This document shows, one piece after another, positions 38,242 to 48,092 of a stretch of 64,000 nucleotides of DNA (within the stretch, counting starts at the first letter, position 1; every line of letters begins with the position of its first letter). The DNA is from Candidatus Kapaibacterium sp. Its GTDB lineage: Bacteria > Bacteroidota > Ignavibacteria > Palsa-1295. The position numbers were made by a program, and so were the translations under genes. The stretch spans positions 12,693 to 76,692 of the forward strand of contig DASQGZ010000034.1 of NCBI GenBank assembly GCA_035632315.1, in the 5' to 3' direction. A model generated the notes under the pieces. The model ran no database searches. It saw only the letters and a list, made by a program, of their open reading frames with translations, and was not told the DNA's origin.

Positions 38242-39111
38242 TTACAGATATTCACGGATCGCAACACCTGATGACGAAGCAACTGTGATAAAATTCGCAG
38301 GTTTATCGGTCCAACAACCCGAATTATAGTAATGGATATTGTCTTCGTGCAATTCCATTGCCTGATGCGTGTGTCCGCAAAAAACATACGACGCATTTTT
38401 CAATTTTGCATAAGCGATCGCGTCGGCGGCAATTTTTTCCGAAACACGCAGCCACGTTTTGCTGCGGCGCTTCATCCACCTCGTGACTCGCTGCTGCTCG
38501 GAATCGATCTTCTGGAAAAATTTATAGAATCCGCAGGCGACCGCACTGATGACGACGTTCTCGTTGAGAAATTTATCGAATTGATGTCCGTGGATCGCGA
38601 TATAGCGCTCATTCTCAAATTCCCATATATATTCGTCGAAGACCGGGATCCCGAGCAGATGTGTCAGGATCTGCGCGATGCCGTCGTGGTTGCCGGCAAC
38701 CCAGGCGACTTCGACGCCACGCTTCGGATTGGAAAGTTTTCTAATGTATGAAAGAAATTTCCAATCTTCTTTTCTCAGCCGCTTGAAATTCAGGTCGTCA
38801 AACACATCGCCGTTAATGACGAGTCGTTTGAATCCGTAACTTTTGAGCATCTTCAACGCATCGCGCGACCGCGAAACATCCGAGCCCAAATGTATGTCGC
38901 TGATGATCATCGTATCGACAAGCCGGACGTGCCCCAATCGTTCTTCGGCATGATCGTCGTCGAATTCGTGATCGAACTCGACGTCTATATCGACTTCGTT
39001 CGGGTCGAGTGCAATTACTCCATTCCTAAAGAGTTGCATGGTGCTGGTGTTAATTAGTGATAGATTTACATGAAGCATTCGTTCGTCCGAAGGCTTGCGT
39101 TCGGATGGCAC
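38242..39111 (-). CDS. calcineurin-like metallophosphoesterase (LpxH-like)
   Basis: MIISDIHLGSD...INGDVFD...VAGNHD; N-terminal 25-70 aa of the ORF may be non-coding (alternative ATG at 39039). Confidence 0.65.
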   Translation of the reverse strand: MPSERKPSDERMLHVNLSLINTSTMQLFRNGVIALDPNEVDIDVEFDHEFDDDHAEERLGHVRLVDTMIISDIHLGSDVSRSRDALKMLKSYGFKRLVINGDVFDDLNFKRLRKEDWKFLSYIRKLSNPKRGVEVAWVAGNHDGIAQILTHLLGIPVFDEYIWEFENERYIAIHGHQFDKFLNENVVISAVACGFYKFFQKIDSEQQRVTRWMKRRSKTWLRVSEKIAADAIAYAKLKNASYVFCGHTHQAMELHEDNIHYYNSGCWTDKPANFITVASSSGVAIREYL

Positions 39112-39454
39112 GATAACCGCTATGACTTGAGGGGCAAAACAGACGGGATATACAACAAACGATTGATCTGGAAAGCGGTTACCGGAACATCAACCTTGTG
39201 TTATATTATTGTAACGGTGGGAACTTTATTACCTAAATTATAGGTTTTATACTGTCACGTATTGTAAGGTTTGAATCGAAATCACGGGATACATTTCGTT
39301 CTACTTACTACAAAACAACGATGAATATTTCTCTTGTGGGTTACCACTAGAGTGTTGTTCGTTTTACAACTAACCCTGCCGATGATCTGTCACGGGAACA
39401 TCGGCAAGATCACAATGAAATTATCAGGCTGCGGGATAAGCCCCATAATTCGGT

Positions 39455-40225
39455 ATGTGCAATAACTGGATCGATCCGCTTGTGCGAATATTGATTCGCA
39501 ACATTTGGATCGTATTGATCATATTATGTTTCAGCGTATCTGTACGAGCGCAACAGACAACCCCATCTCACGACGGGCGTACTGTCGCTGCTACGCCAAC
39601 ATCTTCCGAAACTCCCGCCTCGCTTGACAATCCGGCATCCGTTCTTGCGATGATGAGTACTGAGCCGCAATTCTACAGAGACTTTAAATTTCAGAATACA
39701 GCGCCTTCTTCCGTTACAATTACCGGTGCGGACATCGCCTCCGGATATTCAGGTGTTAAGATCATATCATCTCAGACTACGCCATTGCCGGCCACGATCG
39801 CCCCGGGAGAATTTTTTACCGTCCGCCTTGGATATTCCGAACTGAATACCCACGTCACTTCCGATACCCTTATCCTGACAAAAGAGAACGGATCGACGCT
39901 CTCATACCCGATCTGTATTTCTCGCATAAAGGCGACTTTTGAGCAAAATGGATTTAATCACCGCCAAATCGCGCTCTCCGTTACCCCCGACCAAAAGAAC
40001 CGGAGCGTTCAGGTTATCCTATACAGTGGATATCACGGGAACATTGCTATTTATACAAAAGACGGCACGCTCCTTGACGAGGCGAAAAATGTCCGGTCGT
40101 ACATTTGGCATACGACGCCCGGAAAAAAATTGTATGACGAAAACGAATATGTTATCCGAGTTACGTGTATCGATGGCGGCCAGACTCTGACTCGCTCCGA
40201 AACGATCTCGTTCGCATCAAAATAA
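39455..40225 (+). CDS. secreted hypothetical protein, paralogue A of tandem pair
   Basis: signal peptide ...ILCFSVSVRAQ; C-terminal 60 aa about 65% identical to paralogue B. Confidence 0.6.
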   Translation: MCNNWIDPLVRILIRNIWIVLIILCFSVSVRAQQTTPSHDGRTVAATPTSSETPASLDNPASVLAMMSTEPQFYRDFKFQNTAPSSVTITGADIASGYSGVKIISSQTTPLPATIAPGEFFTVRLGYSELNTHVTSDTLILTKENGSTLSYPICISRIKATFEQNGFNHRQIALSVTPDQKNRSVQVILYSGYHGNIAIYTKDGTLLDEAKNVRSYIWHTTPGKKLYDENEYVIRVTCIDGGQTLTRSETISFASK

Positions 40226-40233
40226 AAGTTGAG

Positions 40234-40273
40234 CTGTGGCGTATTGTTGTATGGGTTAGTGAATACGTTGCAG
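40234..40273 (+). other. conserved 3'UTR stem-loop element, copy 1 (12-bp stem, 16-nt loop)
   Basis: CTGTGGCGTATT-gttgtatgggttagtg-AATACGTTGCAG; loop sequence identical in copy 2. Confidence 0.4.
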
Positions 40274-40281
40274 TCTTGAGA

Positions 40282-40319
40282 GCGCAGGCATCCAAACCCC
40301 GGACGCCTGCGTTTTTTTT
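40282..40319 (+). terminator. rho-independent terminator, copy 1
   Basis: GCGCAGGCatccaaaccccggacGCCTGCGtttttttt. Confidence 0.65.
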
Positions 40320-40605
40320 ATTGACAAATTAAGAAACTATTATTCCTTCTTCGAAATTATATTCTCGTTCTGTTTTCGAATGTGCGATTGTGTATGCACC
40401 CATACATCCATACACAACCACCGAACATTCGGGTGCCACAACAGAACGACTCATGACACAACGCATTCGCTGCGTTGCACTAACCGAAAAAAAAAATCAC
40501 TGACCCGTCGGCGGTTCATACCGGCTGCCGATTCTCATTTGTCACCACTATAGCAGCGGGTTTTCCCCACGTTGCAATATGATTTTTTTTCCGGAGCATT
40601 CCGGC

Positions 40606-41358
40606 ATGCGATTATTATATCGTGTGCTCGGAGTCGTGTACATTTTATTCTCTTGTAATACTCGGACGACTGCTCAGCATCTCGCCAATATGGCAGGATC
40701 CGACGCGGAGTTAGGACCGAAAAGTCTTGCCCCGGTTGTGAGCAGTATTCCGCTCGATACTTCGCATACCATCCTGAAGATGGCAAGCAGCGAGTGGCAG
40801 TTCACAAGGGATTTCCAGTTCATGAACATCTCTTCTTCGGCGATCACCCTCACAGACGCATTAATGCGTTCCGGCGATTCCGGGATCAGCGTCGTCTCAG
40901 TCATTGGTAACGAATTCCCTCTGACGCTTGCCGGCGGAGGAAATATGACAGTACGTCTTGCATATTCGGCATCGAATATCAATACACGCAGCGACACATT
41001 GCTGATCGAGCGCGAAGAGGGTTCGCCGTTCAAATTTCCCGTGCAAGCGCGTCACGGATCAGTGTCTGCCGTGCAAAACGGATTCGGAAGGCGGCAGCTT
41101 TCGCTGACGGTGACGCCAAATTCATCCGAGCGAATGATCGAAGTGAAATTTTCGATGGCAACCATCAAAGGGAATATTGGAATCTATACCACTGATGGCA
41201 TTCTCGTCGATGAAGCAAAAAATGTCGGATCGTATATCTGGAGAACCTCACCAAAGATGCCGAGACATAATGAAAATAAATATGTCGTCCGGGCAACGTG
41301 CACCGACGGAGGGTATACGCTTTCAAAATCCGAAACAGTAAAATTCTCCGCACAATAA
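40606..41358 (+). CDS. secreted hypothetical protein, paralogue B of tandem pair
   Basis: start placed at ATG giving signal peptide MRLLYRVLGVVYILFSCNTRTTAQ. Confidence 0.6.
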   Translation: MRLLYRVLGVVYILFSCNTRTTAQHLANMAGSDAELGPKSLAPVVSSIPLDTSHTILKMASSEWQFTRDFQFMNISSSAITLTDALMRSGDSGISVVSVIGNEFPLTLAGGGNMTVRLAYSASNINTRSDTLLIEREEGSPFKFPVQARHGSVSAVQNGFGRRQLSLTVTPNSSERMIEVKFSMATIKGNIGIYTTDGILVDEAKNVGSYIWRTSPKMPRHNENKYVVRATCTDGGYTLSKSETVKFSAQ

Positions 41359-41363
41359 TTGTG

Positions 41364-41404
41364 CTGCAGCGTATTTGTTGTATGGGTTAGTGATTACGTT
41401 GCAG
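41364..41404 (+). other. conserved 3'UTR stem-loop element, copy 2
   Basis: CTGCAGCGTATT-tgttgtatgggttagtg-ATTACGTTGCAG. Confidence 0.4.
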
Positions 41405-41414
41405 TTCTACCAAA

Positions 41415-41451
41415 GCGCAGGCTTCCACACCCCGGAGGCCTGTGCTTTTTT
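41415..41451 (+). terminator. rho-independent terminator, copy 2
   Basis: GCGCAGGCttccacaccccggagGCCTGTGCtttttt. Confidence 0.6.
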
Positions 41452-41516
41452 ATTTACATACATCGGGCGCGAAAAGATATGGTTGTGATGTTAGGTTTAC
41501 ATCGACAAGTCTTGTA

Positions 41517-41852
41517 ATGAGTGAAGACGATACATCCCGGCTAACACCGAAACAGATCCAACAGATCGCGCGGGACCGCGCAGTCGGTAAAACGTCTCAT
41601 ACTCGCGCTGAGGAAATGTCCGATCAAGCGGAAGAAGAATACCGCAATGCACTTCGCGAGAACGCACCATATCTGACGCTCGGAATGCAAATGGCAGCAA
41701 CGATCGCCCTTGGTGCGGGCGTCGGCTGGTGGATCGACCAAAGTTCAGGCAGTTCGATATGGCTTGGCATCTGCTCGGGGATCGGCGCAGTACTTGGAAT
41801 GGGTTACTTTATTTTGATCGTCCTGAAAATGGATCGGAAATCGAAGTTGTAA
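41517..41852 (+). CDS. AtpZ/AtpI-like small membrane protein (ATPase_gene1 family)
   Basis: NAPYLTLGMQMAATIALGAGVGWWIDQSSGSSIWLGICSGIGAVLGMGYFILIVLKM; start placed at internal ATG (MSEDDTSRL). Confidence 0.5.
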   Translation: MSEDDTSRLTPKQIQQIARDRAVGKTSHTRAEEMSDQAEEEYRNALRENAPYLTLGMQMAATIALGAGVGWWIDQSSGSSIWLGICSGIGAVLGMGYFILIVLKMDRKSKL

Positions 41853-41869
41853 GTAATGGCAATGAAGCA

Positions 41870-43120
41870 ATGGCAATAAAGATCGGACACAGCGCTGCTG
41901 CTGAGGCCCTTGACGCGAAAGACTTCGATATCTCGACGTTCGTGCTTGTCGTACTGCTGACCGTCTCCGGATTTATTTCGATCTACAGCGCAACCTACGC
42001 CGCTCAGATGAGCGACCGCTTCAGTTTGCAGCTGCTCTTCGGAGCCGGAGGCATCGTTATCTTACTTGTAATGGCTTTACTGCCGATCAGATGGCTGTCG
42101 GTCGCTGCATACCCATTCTATGCGTTCTCGCTCGGTTTGCTGGTGCTGGTGCTTGTCGCTGGAAAAGTCGTGTACAGTCAAAAAAATTGGCTGGCGTTCG
42201 GCGGATTATCGTTTCAGCCGTCAGAACTTGCAAAACTCGCTACGATCATGGCGATCGGGAAATATCTTTCGGGCGACAGAAAGCTGACACGACCCTCCGA
42301 TCTCATCGTCGCATCTATCATTGTGATCATCCCGATCGCGCTGATACTTGCCGAACCCGACCCGGGCAGTGCGATGATCTATGTCGGGTTGCTATTTATT
42401 ATTTTGCTCTGGGCAGGCGCCGACCTGTTCTTGCTGCTGGCGATCATTGGACCTGGCGTTGCTGCGGTGATGTCGTTATTTGGTAAATGGGCAATGCTCG
42501 GATCGGTGCTGGCGATCGGAGCTATGATGTTCTTAGGATTTCGAAAGAATCTGATCACGACAACGATCGTGTTCCTACTGGTCATCGGCGCGTCGTTCTC
42601 GTCGAACATACTCTATACTCATTTGCATCCGTATCAACAGGAGCGCATCGACCTCCTGCTCAATCCGGAGGCAGACCCACAAGGCGGAGGATATAATATC
42701 ATCCAATCGAAAATGGCGATCGGCTCCGGCGGAATGTTCGGCAAAGGCTATCTGAAAGGCTCTCAGACGCAGCTTCGGTTTGTGCCGAAACAATGGACAG
42801 ATTTCATTATGAGCGTTCCTGCCGAAGAGTTCGGCTTTGTCGGTGCAATGGTATTGCTCATACTATATATAATTTTAATATCACGAAGCCTCGCGATCGC
42901 ATCGAGTGTGCGAAGTAATTTTTCAAGTGTCATCGCGATCGGCATTGCCGGGATATGGCTTCTGCACGTGACTGTGAATATCGGAATGACACTCGGCGTT
43001 GTGCCGGTCGTCGGCATCCCCTTGCCATTTATGAGCTATGGTGGCTCCTCGCTCGTAACGAATATGCTGATGGCAGGAATACTAATGAACCTCTACCGAA
43101 ACCGCCGGATACAATTTTAG
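41870..43120 (+). CDS. SEDS-family peptidoglycan glycosyltransferase (RodA/FtsW)
   Basis: 10 TM; GGLSFQPSELAKLATIMAIGKYLS; NPEADPQGGGYNIIQSKMAIGSGGMFGKGYLKGSQTQLRFVP; start placed at ATG 41870 just after the upstream stop. Confidence 0.8.
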   Translation: MAIKIGHSAAAEALDAKDFDISTFVLVVLLTVSGFISIYSATYAAQMSDRFSLQLLFGAGGIVILLVMALLPIRWLSVAAYPFYAFSLGLLVLVLVAGKVVYSQKNWLAFGGLSFQPSELAKLATIMAIGKYLSGDRKLTRPSDLIVASIIVIIPIALILAEPDPGSAMIYVGLLFIILLWAGADLFLLLAIIGPGVAAVMSLFGKWAMLGSVLAIGAMMFLGFRKNLITTTIVFLLVIGASFSSNILYTHLHPYQQERIDLLLNPEADPQGGGYNIIQSKMAIGSGGMFGKGYLKGSQTQLRFVPKQWTDFIMSVPAEEFGFVGAMVLLILYIILISRSLAIASSVRSNFSSVIAIGIAGIWLLHVTVNIGMTLGVVPVVGIPLPFMSYGGSSLVTNMLMAGILMNLYRNRRIQF

Positions 43121-43126
43121 TGGGTA

Positions 43127-44872
43127 TTACCGATAATGCACAAATGAAATATCGAACGGCGGCATTGCCGCTGCGTCTATTTGCAAATGATATACACCCG
43201 TTGCAAGGCCTTCGACTGAGAGCGGCATCGGTGCATCTGTTGAAATATTTCCGTTGGATGATCCAACGAGCTTCCCGTTAAGATCGTAGAGCCGAAGCGT
43301 TAACGCGCCTGAATACAATGTCGAATAGATCATCGTCCGTTCGCCCGCAGGGTTCGGCACAAGCTTGAAGAGCGGCTCGGTATTATCGGCTGTTGTGCTT
43401 GTCACCGTACTTTGGCCACACGATCTGAACGAGCCGATGATCCCTTGAAAGCTTGCACCGGTGATCGCTGTTGCCGTTCCGGAACATCCGTCCCCTTCCA
43501 CAAGCGACGAAATGGAATCGAATGTAATATAATCGCAATCGAATTCGTACGGGTACCATTGAAACGCCGCATACCCGACAAGCGAATCGGGCAACGCATT
43601 AAGATCGTCCGCTTCGATATGCAGTGCGGCTCTTCCGCTCCAGCGGCTGCCTGCTACGTCAATGCTCTTGCCATAAAAAAGAAAACTACCAAGGTACGTC
43701 AGCGAGCCCGGTACATAATGCACGATCATATCAACGGTCGGCATCGGCGCTTTGTGATGCACGTAGATCGGCAGCCTGATCGTGACATTTGGTGTGTCAT
43801 TGATAATGCGCGCACTTGAGAACCGGTAATCAACTTTCGGTCCTGCCGTGACAACTTTCACCGAATCACCGCCGCTATTGGTCGTCCGCCAAATAGAGCC
43901 GTCCGGTGCAGAAGATAGAACAATATTGTCGTTAATAGCACATAGCAAACGAGAATCCTGGTGTTCAGATGGGCCACCGATCGCTTTCCAGGATTTTCCG
44001 TGATCGAGTGAACGAAACACCCCTTGTCCTTGCGAACTCCCAGCGTATGCTGCATTTGCCGATACGCTGCACGATGAAGAAAAGAAGGACTTAGGCTCCT
44101 GTATCGTTGAAGTCCATGACTGCCCATTATCGGTTGTTAAAAATATTTCCGAGTATCCGTTCTCAGTTTCATTGTACTGTTCATTTGTAATATAAACGCG
44201 CGACGCATCACAGGAGTCGAGCATAAATGAATAGCTATCGAGATCAACCTGCCCAGTTTGCTGAGACCATGATTTTCCAAAATCAGTCGATATGTTAATG
44301 TGTGAATTGTACATCGATTGTACCGACCTTGATAGTACATAACCTGTTTTTGACCGTGGGTTATAAATAGCTTCATACGCTCCGCCTCCAGAGCTTTCCA
44401 CTGTTTGTTTTGTCCATGTTGAACCTCCGTCGCTTGTATAGCTTATCGTACCTTGTAAACTGGCTCGGTCTGCGACAAAAAGCTCATTCCCATTTCGAGC
44501 AAACGAAACACCGAAACATTCACCTGTAACGAGAATATGATTCCAAGTAACACCTCTATCATTAGTGATGAATGCGCCTTGATTGATATAAACAATTGCA
44601 CCGGTATCTTTACTAAAAAAGCAAATATCACTGATGACATTTCCCGAACCTGATAATGGTGTCGTGATCTGCTGCCAAGTATTACCTGAATCTAAAGAAT
44701 TGAATACATCCGTTACGCCTGCCCAAAGGATACCATCTTTGAACGAGATTGCCCCCCCGTAAAGTATATTATATGACCCCAGTAAATTCGGCGCGACGTT
44801 TTTCCACTGGGCATAAACTGAGTGTGCTTGGCAAGCCAAGAGACAAATAAGGAAAATTATAGGACGTTTCAT
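43127..44872 (-). CDS. secreted BNR/Asp-box beta-propeller protein with T9SS C-terminal sorting domain
   Basis: signal peptide; six SxDxGxTW boxes (LDSGNTW, NDRGVTW, SDGGSTW, TDFGKSW, TDNGQSW, LDHGKSW); CTD ...LATGVYHLQIDAAAMPPFDISFVHYR. Confidence 0.7.
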   Translation of the reverse strand: MKRPIIFLICLLACQAHSVYAQWKNVAPNLLGSYNILYGGAISFKDGILWAGVTDVFNSLDSGNTWQQITTPLSGSGNVISDICFFSKDTGAIVYINQGAFITNDRGVTWNHILVTGECFGVSFARNGNELFVADRASLQGTISYTSDGGSTWTKQTVESSGGGAYEAIYNPRSKTGYVLSRSVQSMYNSHINISTDFGKSWSQQTGQVDLDSYSFMLDSCDASRVYITNEQYNETENGYSEIFLTTDNGQSWTSTIQEPKSFFSSSCSVSANAAYAGSSQGQGVFRSLDHGKSWKAIGGPSEHQDSRLLCAINDNIVLSSAPDGSIWRTTNSGGDSVKVVTAGPKVDYRFSSARIINDTPNVTIRLPIYVHHKAPMPTVDMIVHYVPGSLTYLGSFLFYGKSIDVAGSRWSGRAALHIEADDLNALPDSLVGYAAFQWYPYEFDCDYITFDSISSLVEGDGCSGTATAITGASFQGIIGSFRSCGQSTVTSTTADNTEPLFKLVPNPAGERTMIYSTLYSGALTLRLYDLNGKLVGSSNGNISTDAPMPLSVEGLATGVYHLQIDAAAMPPFDISFVHYR

Positions 44873-44961
44873 AGAATATATTCAGTAATCATGTATGATG
44901 AACCTCAGATACTGCCCTATTAGATATCTAAATAACCCTTACCCCCCTGAAAAGTTACAAC

Positions 44962-45900
44962 TCAGTCAATAAGAATTGCCTTTATTTTAGGTTGCATACG
45001 GTGATCATTGGTCAAAAAACAGTAATTTTCGCTTGCAGGGTGAGGGTCCTTAAGCGGTCCCTTTAGACCGTTTTTTGTAATTTCAAAACAATCGTAACCA
45101 AATTCTCGAAGAAAATCAAGAATATCTTTTGGCTGGTAACCAGCTTGCCGCATCATAGAGATTGTCATCTCTAGAATAACAATCGGTTTCTCGCGTGCAA
45201 GTAATTGTTTCATTCCTTGAAGAGCAAACAGTTCTGCCCCTTCAATGTCCATCTTAATAAAATCGACTCCTGAAATTCCTCGTGAACTGACAAATTCATC
45301 TAATGTCGTTGCCCCAACTTGAATCGTACGAGCTTTCAAGTGTTCTGCAAGCACAGTACTCCCAGTACCTCTATTCCCTTTTGGCGGCAAACCGAATGCA
45401 ATTTGTCCTGAAAAATTCGTAAGTGCAATCCTCGATAAAATGATCTTTTCGTTGAGTCCATTCAGGTCTATATTCTCTTGCAATCTGTCTGCAACCTCGG
45501 GGATCGGCTCGAATGTATATACTTTTTTCGCAAGTTTAGAAAAAAGTAATGCCATCTGACCAATGTTACCGCCAATATCAAGAATAATATTCGAACCCTC
45601 AGCAAGTATTTTTATTGTCGGTGTATCTCTCCATTCATAAATATTATAATACAGGGGGAATTGTGCTTCATCATCCAACTCCAACCTCATCCTCCCACGG
45701 TCTTTCGTTGTGACTTCGACGATGACGGGTTCGGATGCCCAGCCGTGGACTGCCATCATCAATGGGTAGCGACCCTTCTTGATCGGAGTGTAAGTCAGGT
45801 ATGCACGCAATGCTTTGCGGACAAGTTGTTTCAGCGTTGACGCCATTCGTTCGTTCAGTGGGAAATTATAAGTTCGTTTAGAACGCTGGTATGGGAACAA
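44962..45900 (-). CDS. FkbM-family methyltransferase
   Basis: ILDIGGNIGQMALLF...FEPIPEVADRLQENIDLNGL...FIKMDIEGAELFAL. Confidence 0.75.
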   Translation of the reverse strand: MFPYQRSKRTYNFPLNERMASTLKQLVRKALRAYLTYTPIKKGRYPLMMAVHGWASEPVIVEVTTKDRGRMRLELDDEAQFPLYYNIYEWRDTPTIKILAEGSNIILDIGGNIGQMALLFSKLAKKVYTFEPIPEVADRLQENIDLNGLNEKIILSRIALTNFSGQIAFGLPPKGNRGTGSTVLAEHLKARTIQVGATTLDEFVSSRGISGVDFIKMDIEGAELFALQGMKQLLAREKPIVILEMTISMMRQAGYQPKDILDFLREFGYDCFEITKNGLKGPLKDPHPASENYCFLTNDHRMQPKIKAILID

Positions 45901-45988
45901 CGGGTTCGGCGGAATTGAACTTATTGCTAAAGCTAAGAGTTATCTGCCCGCTTTTAATAAAGGCACAGCTGCTTCGGCGGCACAAAAT

Positions 45989-48082
45989 ATGGACAATGAA
46001 TCGAAAAAAGGCGACCCTCTCGAGGGATCGTCCGAACCCGAGATAGATCCCCTTAGTAAGCTCTCTCAGGCGACTCCTGAGCCTGACGGACAACAGAGCG
46101 TTCTCGATAAGATCAAGCACACCGTTCTCGGCGCACCTCGTAATCTCCGCGATCCGAAAGTTTTTCATTCTATTTCGCTCATTGCGTTTTTAGCATGGGT
46201 CGGTCTCGGGGCTGACGGACTCTCATCATCGGCATACGGACCGGACGAATCATTTCGCGCACTCGGCACACACACCTACCTCGCTGTCGCCCTTGCGCTT
46301 GCAACGGCATTTACCGTTTTTATTATTTCATACGCGTACTCGCGACTGATCGAGCACTTCCCGTCCGGCGGTGGCGGGTATATCGTCGCATCGCATTTGA
46401 TCGGGCCACGCTTCGGCGTGATCAGTGGCTCGGCGCTGCTCGTTGATTATGTGCTGACGATCTCGGTTTCGATCGCCAGCGGCGCCGACCAGATCTTCAG
46501 TGTTCTGCCTCCTGAATGGGCACAATGGAAGCTGTTAGTAGAAACATCAACGATCTTTCTCCTTCTTCTGCTAAATCTTCGGGGTGTGAAAGAATCGGTC
46601 ACCATACTGATGCCGATCTTTCTTATCTTTCTACTCTCGCACGCGATCATGATCTTCGTCGGATTGTTTTCGCATGTGCCCGAGATCGGACGTGTGACGA
46701 CCGAAGTCACGACCGGATTTAGCAAGGGATTATCGTCCCTTGGTTTTATGGTACTCTTCGGGATATTTATTAAAGCCTATTCGATGGGTGCCGGAACATA
46801 CACGGGTATCGAAGCCGTCTCGAACGGATTGCAAATCATGCGCGAGCCGAAAATTCATACGGCTCGCAAAACGATGCTCTATATGTCGCTCTCGCTGGCG
46901 ATCACAGCAGGCGGCATCCTGATCTGCTACTTGCTTTTCCGCGTCTCACCTGTAGAAGGCAAAACAATGAACGCTGTGCTCTCAGAAAATTTTGCAGGCT
47001 CATGGATGATCGGTACCTTCCCGATCGGGCAAGTCTTTATCTGGATCGTGCTCGGTTCTGAAGCGGCGCTGTTATTTGTTGCAGCGCAGGCAGGATTCAT
47101 CGACGGCCCTCGCGTGATGGCAAATATGGCAGGCGACTCGTGGCTGCCGCATCGCTTTACGTCGCTCTCTGATCGTCTGACAATGCAGAACGGCGTGATC
47201 CTGATGGCAGGCGCGGCTATCGTGACACTGCTGATCACCGGCGGCGATGTTTCGACGCTCGTCTTGATGTATTCGATCAATGTATTCGCAACGTTCTCAC
47301 TGACCGAGATCGGAATGGTGCGCTTTTGGTACAAAGGCAGGCATGAACATCATGATTGGTCGAAGAAGATCGTTATCCACGTCATCGGCTTGACGTTGTG
47401 TCTTTCGATTCTCGTCGTCAATATCATCGAAAAATTCCTCGTCGGCGGCTGGGTGACGCTTGTCGTAACGGTCGCACTGATATTATTCTGTTTCTGGATA
47501 CGCAAACATTACGATGATGTGAAAAACAACGTCAAGAAGCTCGACGATCTGCTTGCCGATATTCCGCTTCCCGATGCAACGACGATTCCCGAAATGAAAC
47601 CGAATGCGCCGACTGCCGTGATGCTTGTTGGCGGATATGGCGGACTCGGGCTTCACACGCTGCTTTCAATTCAACGATTATTCCCGAACAGCTTCAAGAA
47701 CGTCATCTTCGTTTCGGCCGGCGTTATTGACTCGGTTCGTCTGAAGGGCGCCGAAGAAGTCGAGCAACTGCAAAAAAAGACCGAAGAGGACCTTGCGCAA
47801 TATGTCAATCTTGCTCATAAGCTTGGCTTTGCCTCCGAAGCGCGATCAGGCGTCGGCATCGAAGTCGTCGATGAAGTTCGCAAGATTTGCCTCGAACTTG
47901 CCAGGGAATATCCGCGCTCGATCTTTTTCGCCAGCAAATTGATCTTCGAAAAAGAACACTGGTATCAGCGATTACTTCACAATGAGACCGCAAATCAAAT
48001 TCAGCGCCGCCTGCAATTCGACGGGCTCAATTCAATGATCTTACCGGTGAGGATTTTCGAAACCGCTGCAGCGAAGAAATAA
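45989..48082 (+). CDS. KimA-like K+ transporter (APC superfamily) with C-terminal cytoplasmic domain
   Basis: LSSSAYGPDE; FPSGGGGYIVASHLIGPRFGVISGSALLVDYVLTISVSIASGADQIF closely matches B. subtilis KimA (YPQGGGAYIVS...GGSLLVDYILTVAVSISAGTDAI); TGIEAVSNG. Confidence 0.7.
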   Translation: MDNESKKGDPLEGSSEPEIDPLSKLSQATPEPDGQQSVLDKIKHTVLGAPRNLRDPKVFHSISLIAFLAWVGLGADGLSSSAYGPDESFRALGTHTYLAVALALATAFTVFIISYAYSRLIEHFPSGGGGYIVASHLIGPRFGVISGSALLVDYVLTISVSIASGADQIFSVLPPEWAQWKLLVETSTIFLLLLLNLRGVKESVTILMPIFLIFLLSHAIMIFVGLFSHVPEIGRVTTEVTTGFSKGLSSLGFMVLFGIFIKAYSMGAGTYTGIEAVSNGLQIMREPKIHTARKTMLYMSLSLAITAGGILICYLLFRVSPVEGKTMNAVLSENFAGSWMIGTFPIGQVFIWIVLGSEAALLFVAAQAGFIDGPRVMANMAGDSWLPHRFTSLSDRLTMQNGVILMAGAAIVTLLITGGDVSTLVLMYSINVFATFSLTEIGMVRFWYKGRHEHHDWSKKIVIHVIGLTLCLSILVVNIIEKFLVGGWVTLVVTVALILFCFWIRKHYDDVKNNVKKLDDLLADIPLPDATTIPEMKPNAPTAVMLVGGYGGLGLHTLLSIQRLFPNSFKNVIFVSAGVIDSVRLKGAEEVEQLQKKTEEDLAQYVNLAHKLGFASEARSGVGIEVVDEVRKICLELAREYPRSIFFASKLIFEKEHWYQRLLHNETANQIQRRLQFDGLNSMILPVRIFETAAAKK

Positions 48083-48092
48083 GTTTTACCCA

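Noticed and set aside
41729-41869. Long N-terminal extension of the SEDS gene overlapping the AtpZ-like ORF
   Set aside because: SEDS proteins start just before the first TM helix. The internal ATG at 41870 fits, and the extension overlaps a plausible upstream gene by 124 nt.
45878-45988. c-di-AMP (ydaO) riboswitch upstream of the KimA-like gene
   Set aside because: The leader is only about 88 nt and shared with a divergent promoter. I cannot see the long pseudo-symmetric helices of the ydaO class; an Rfam scan is needed.
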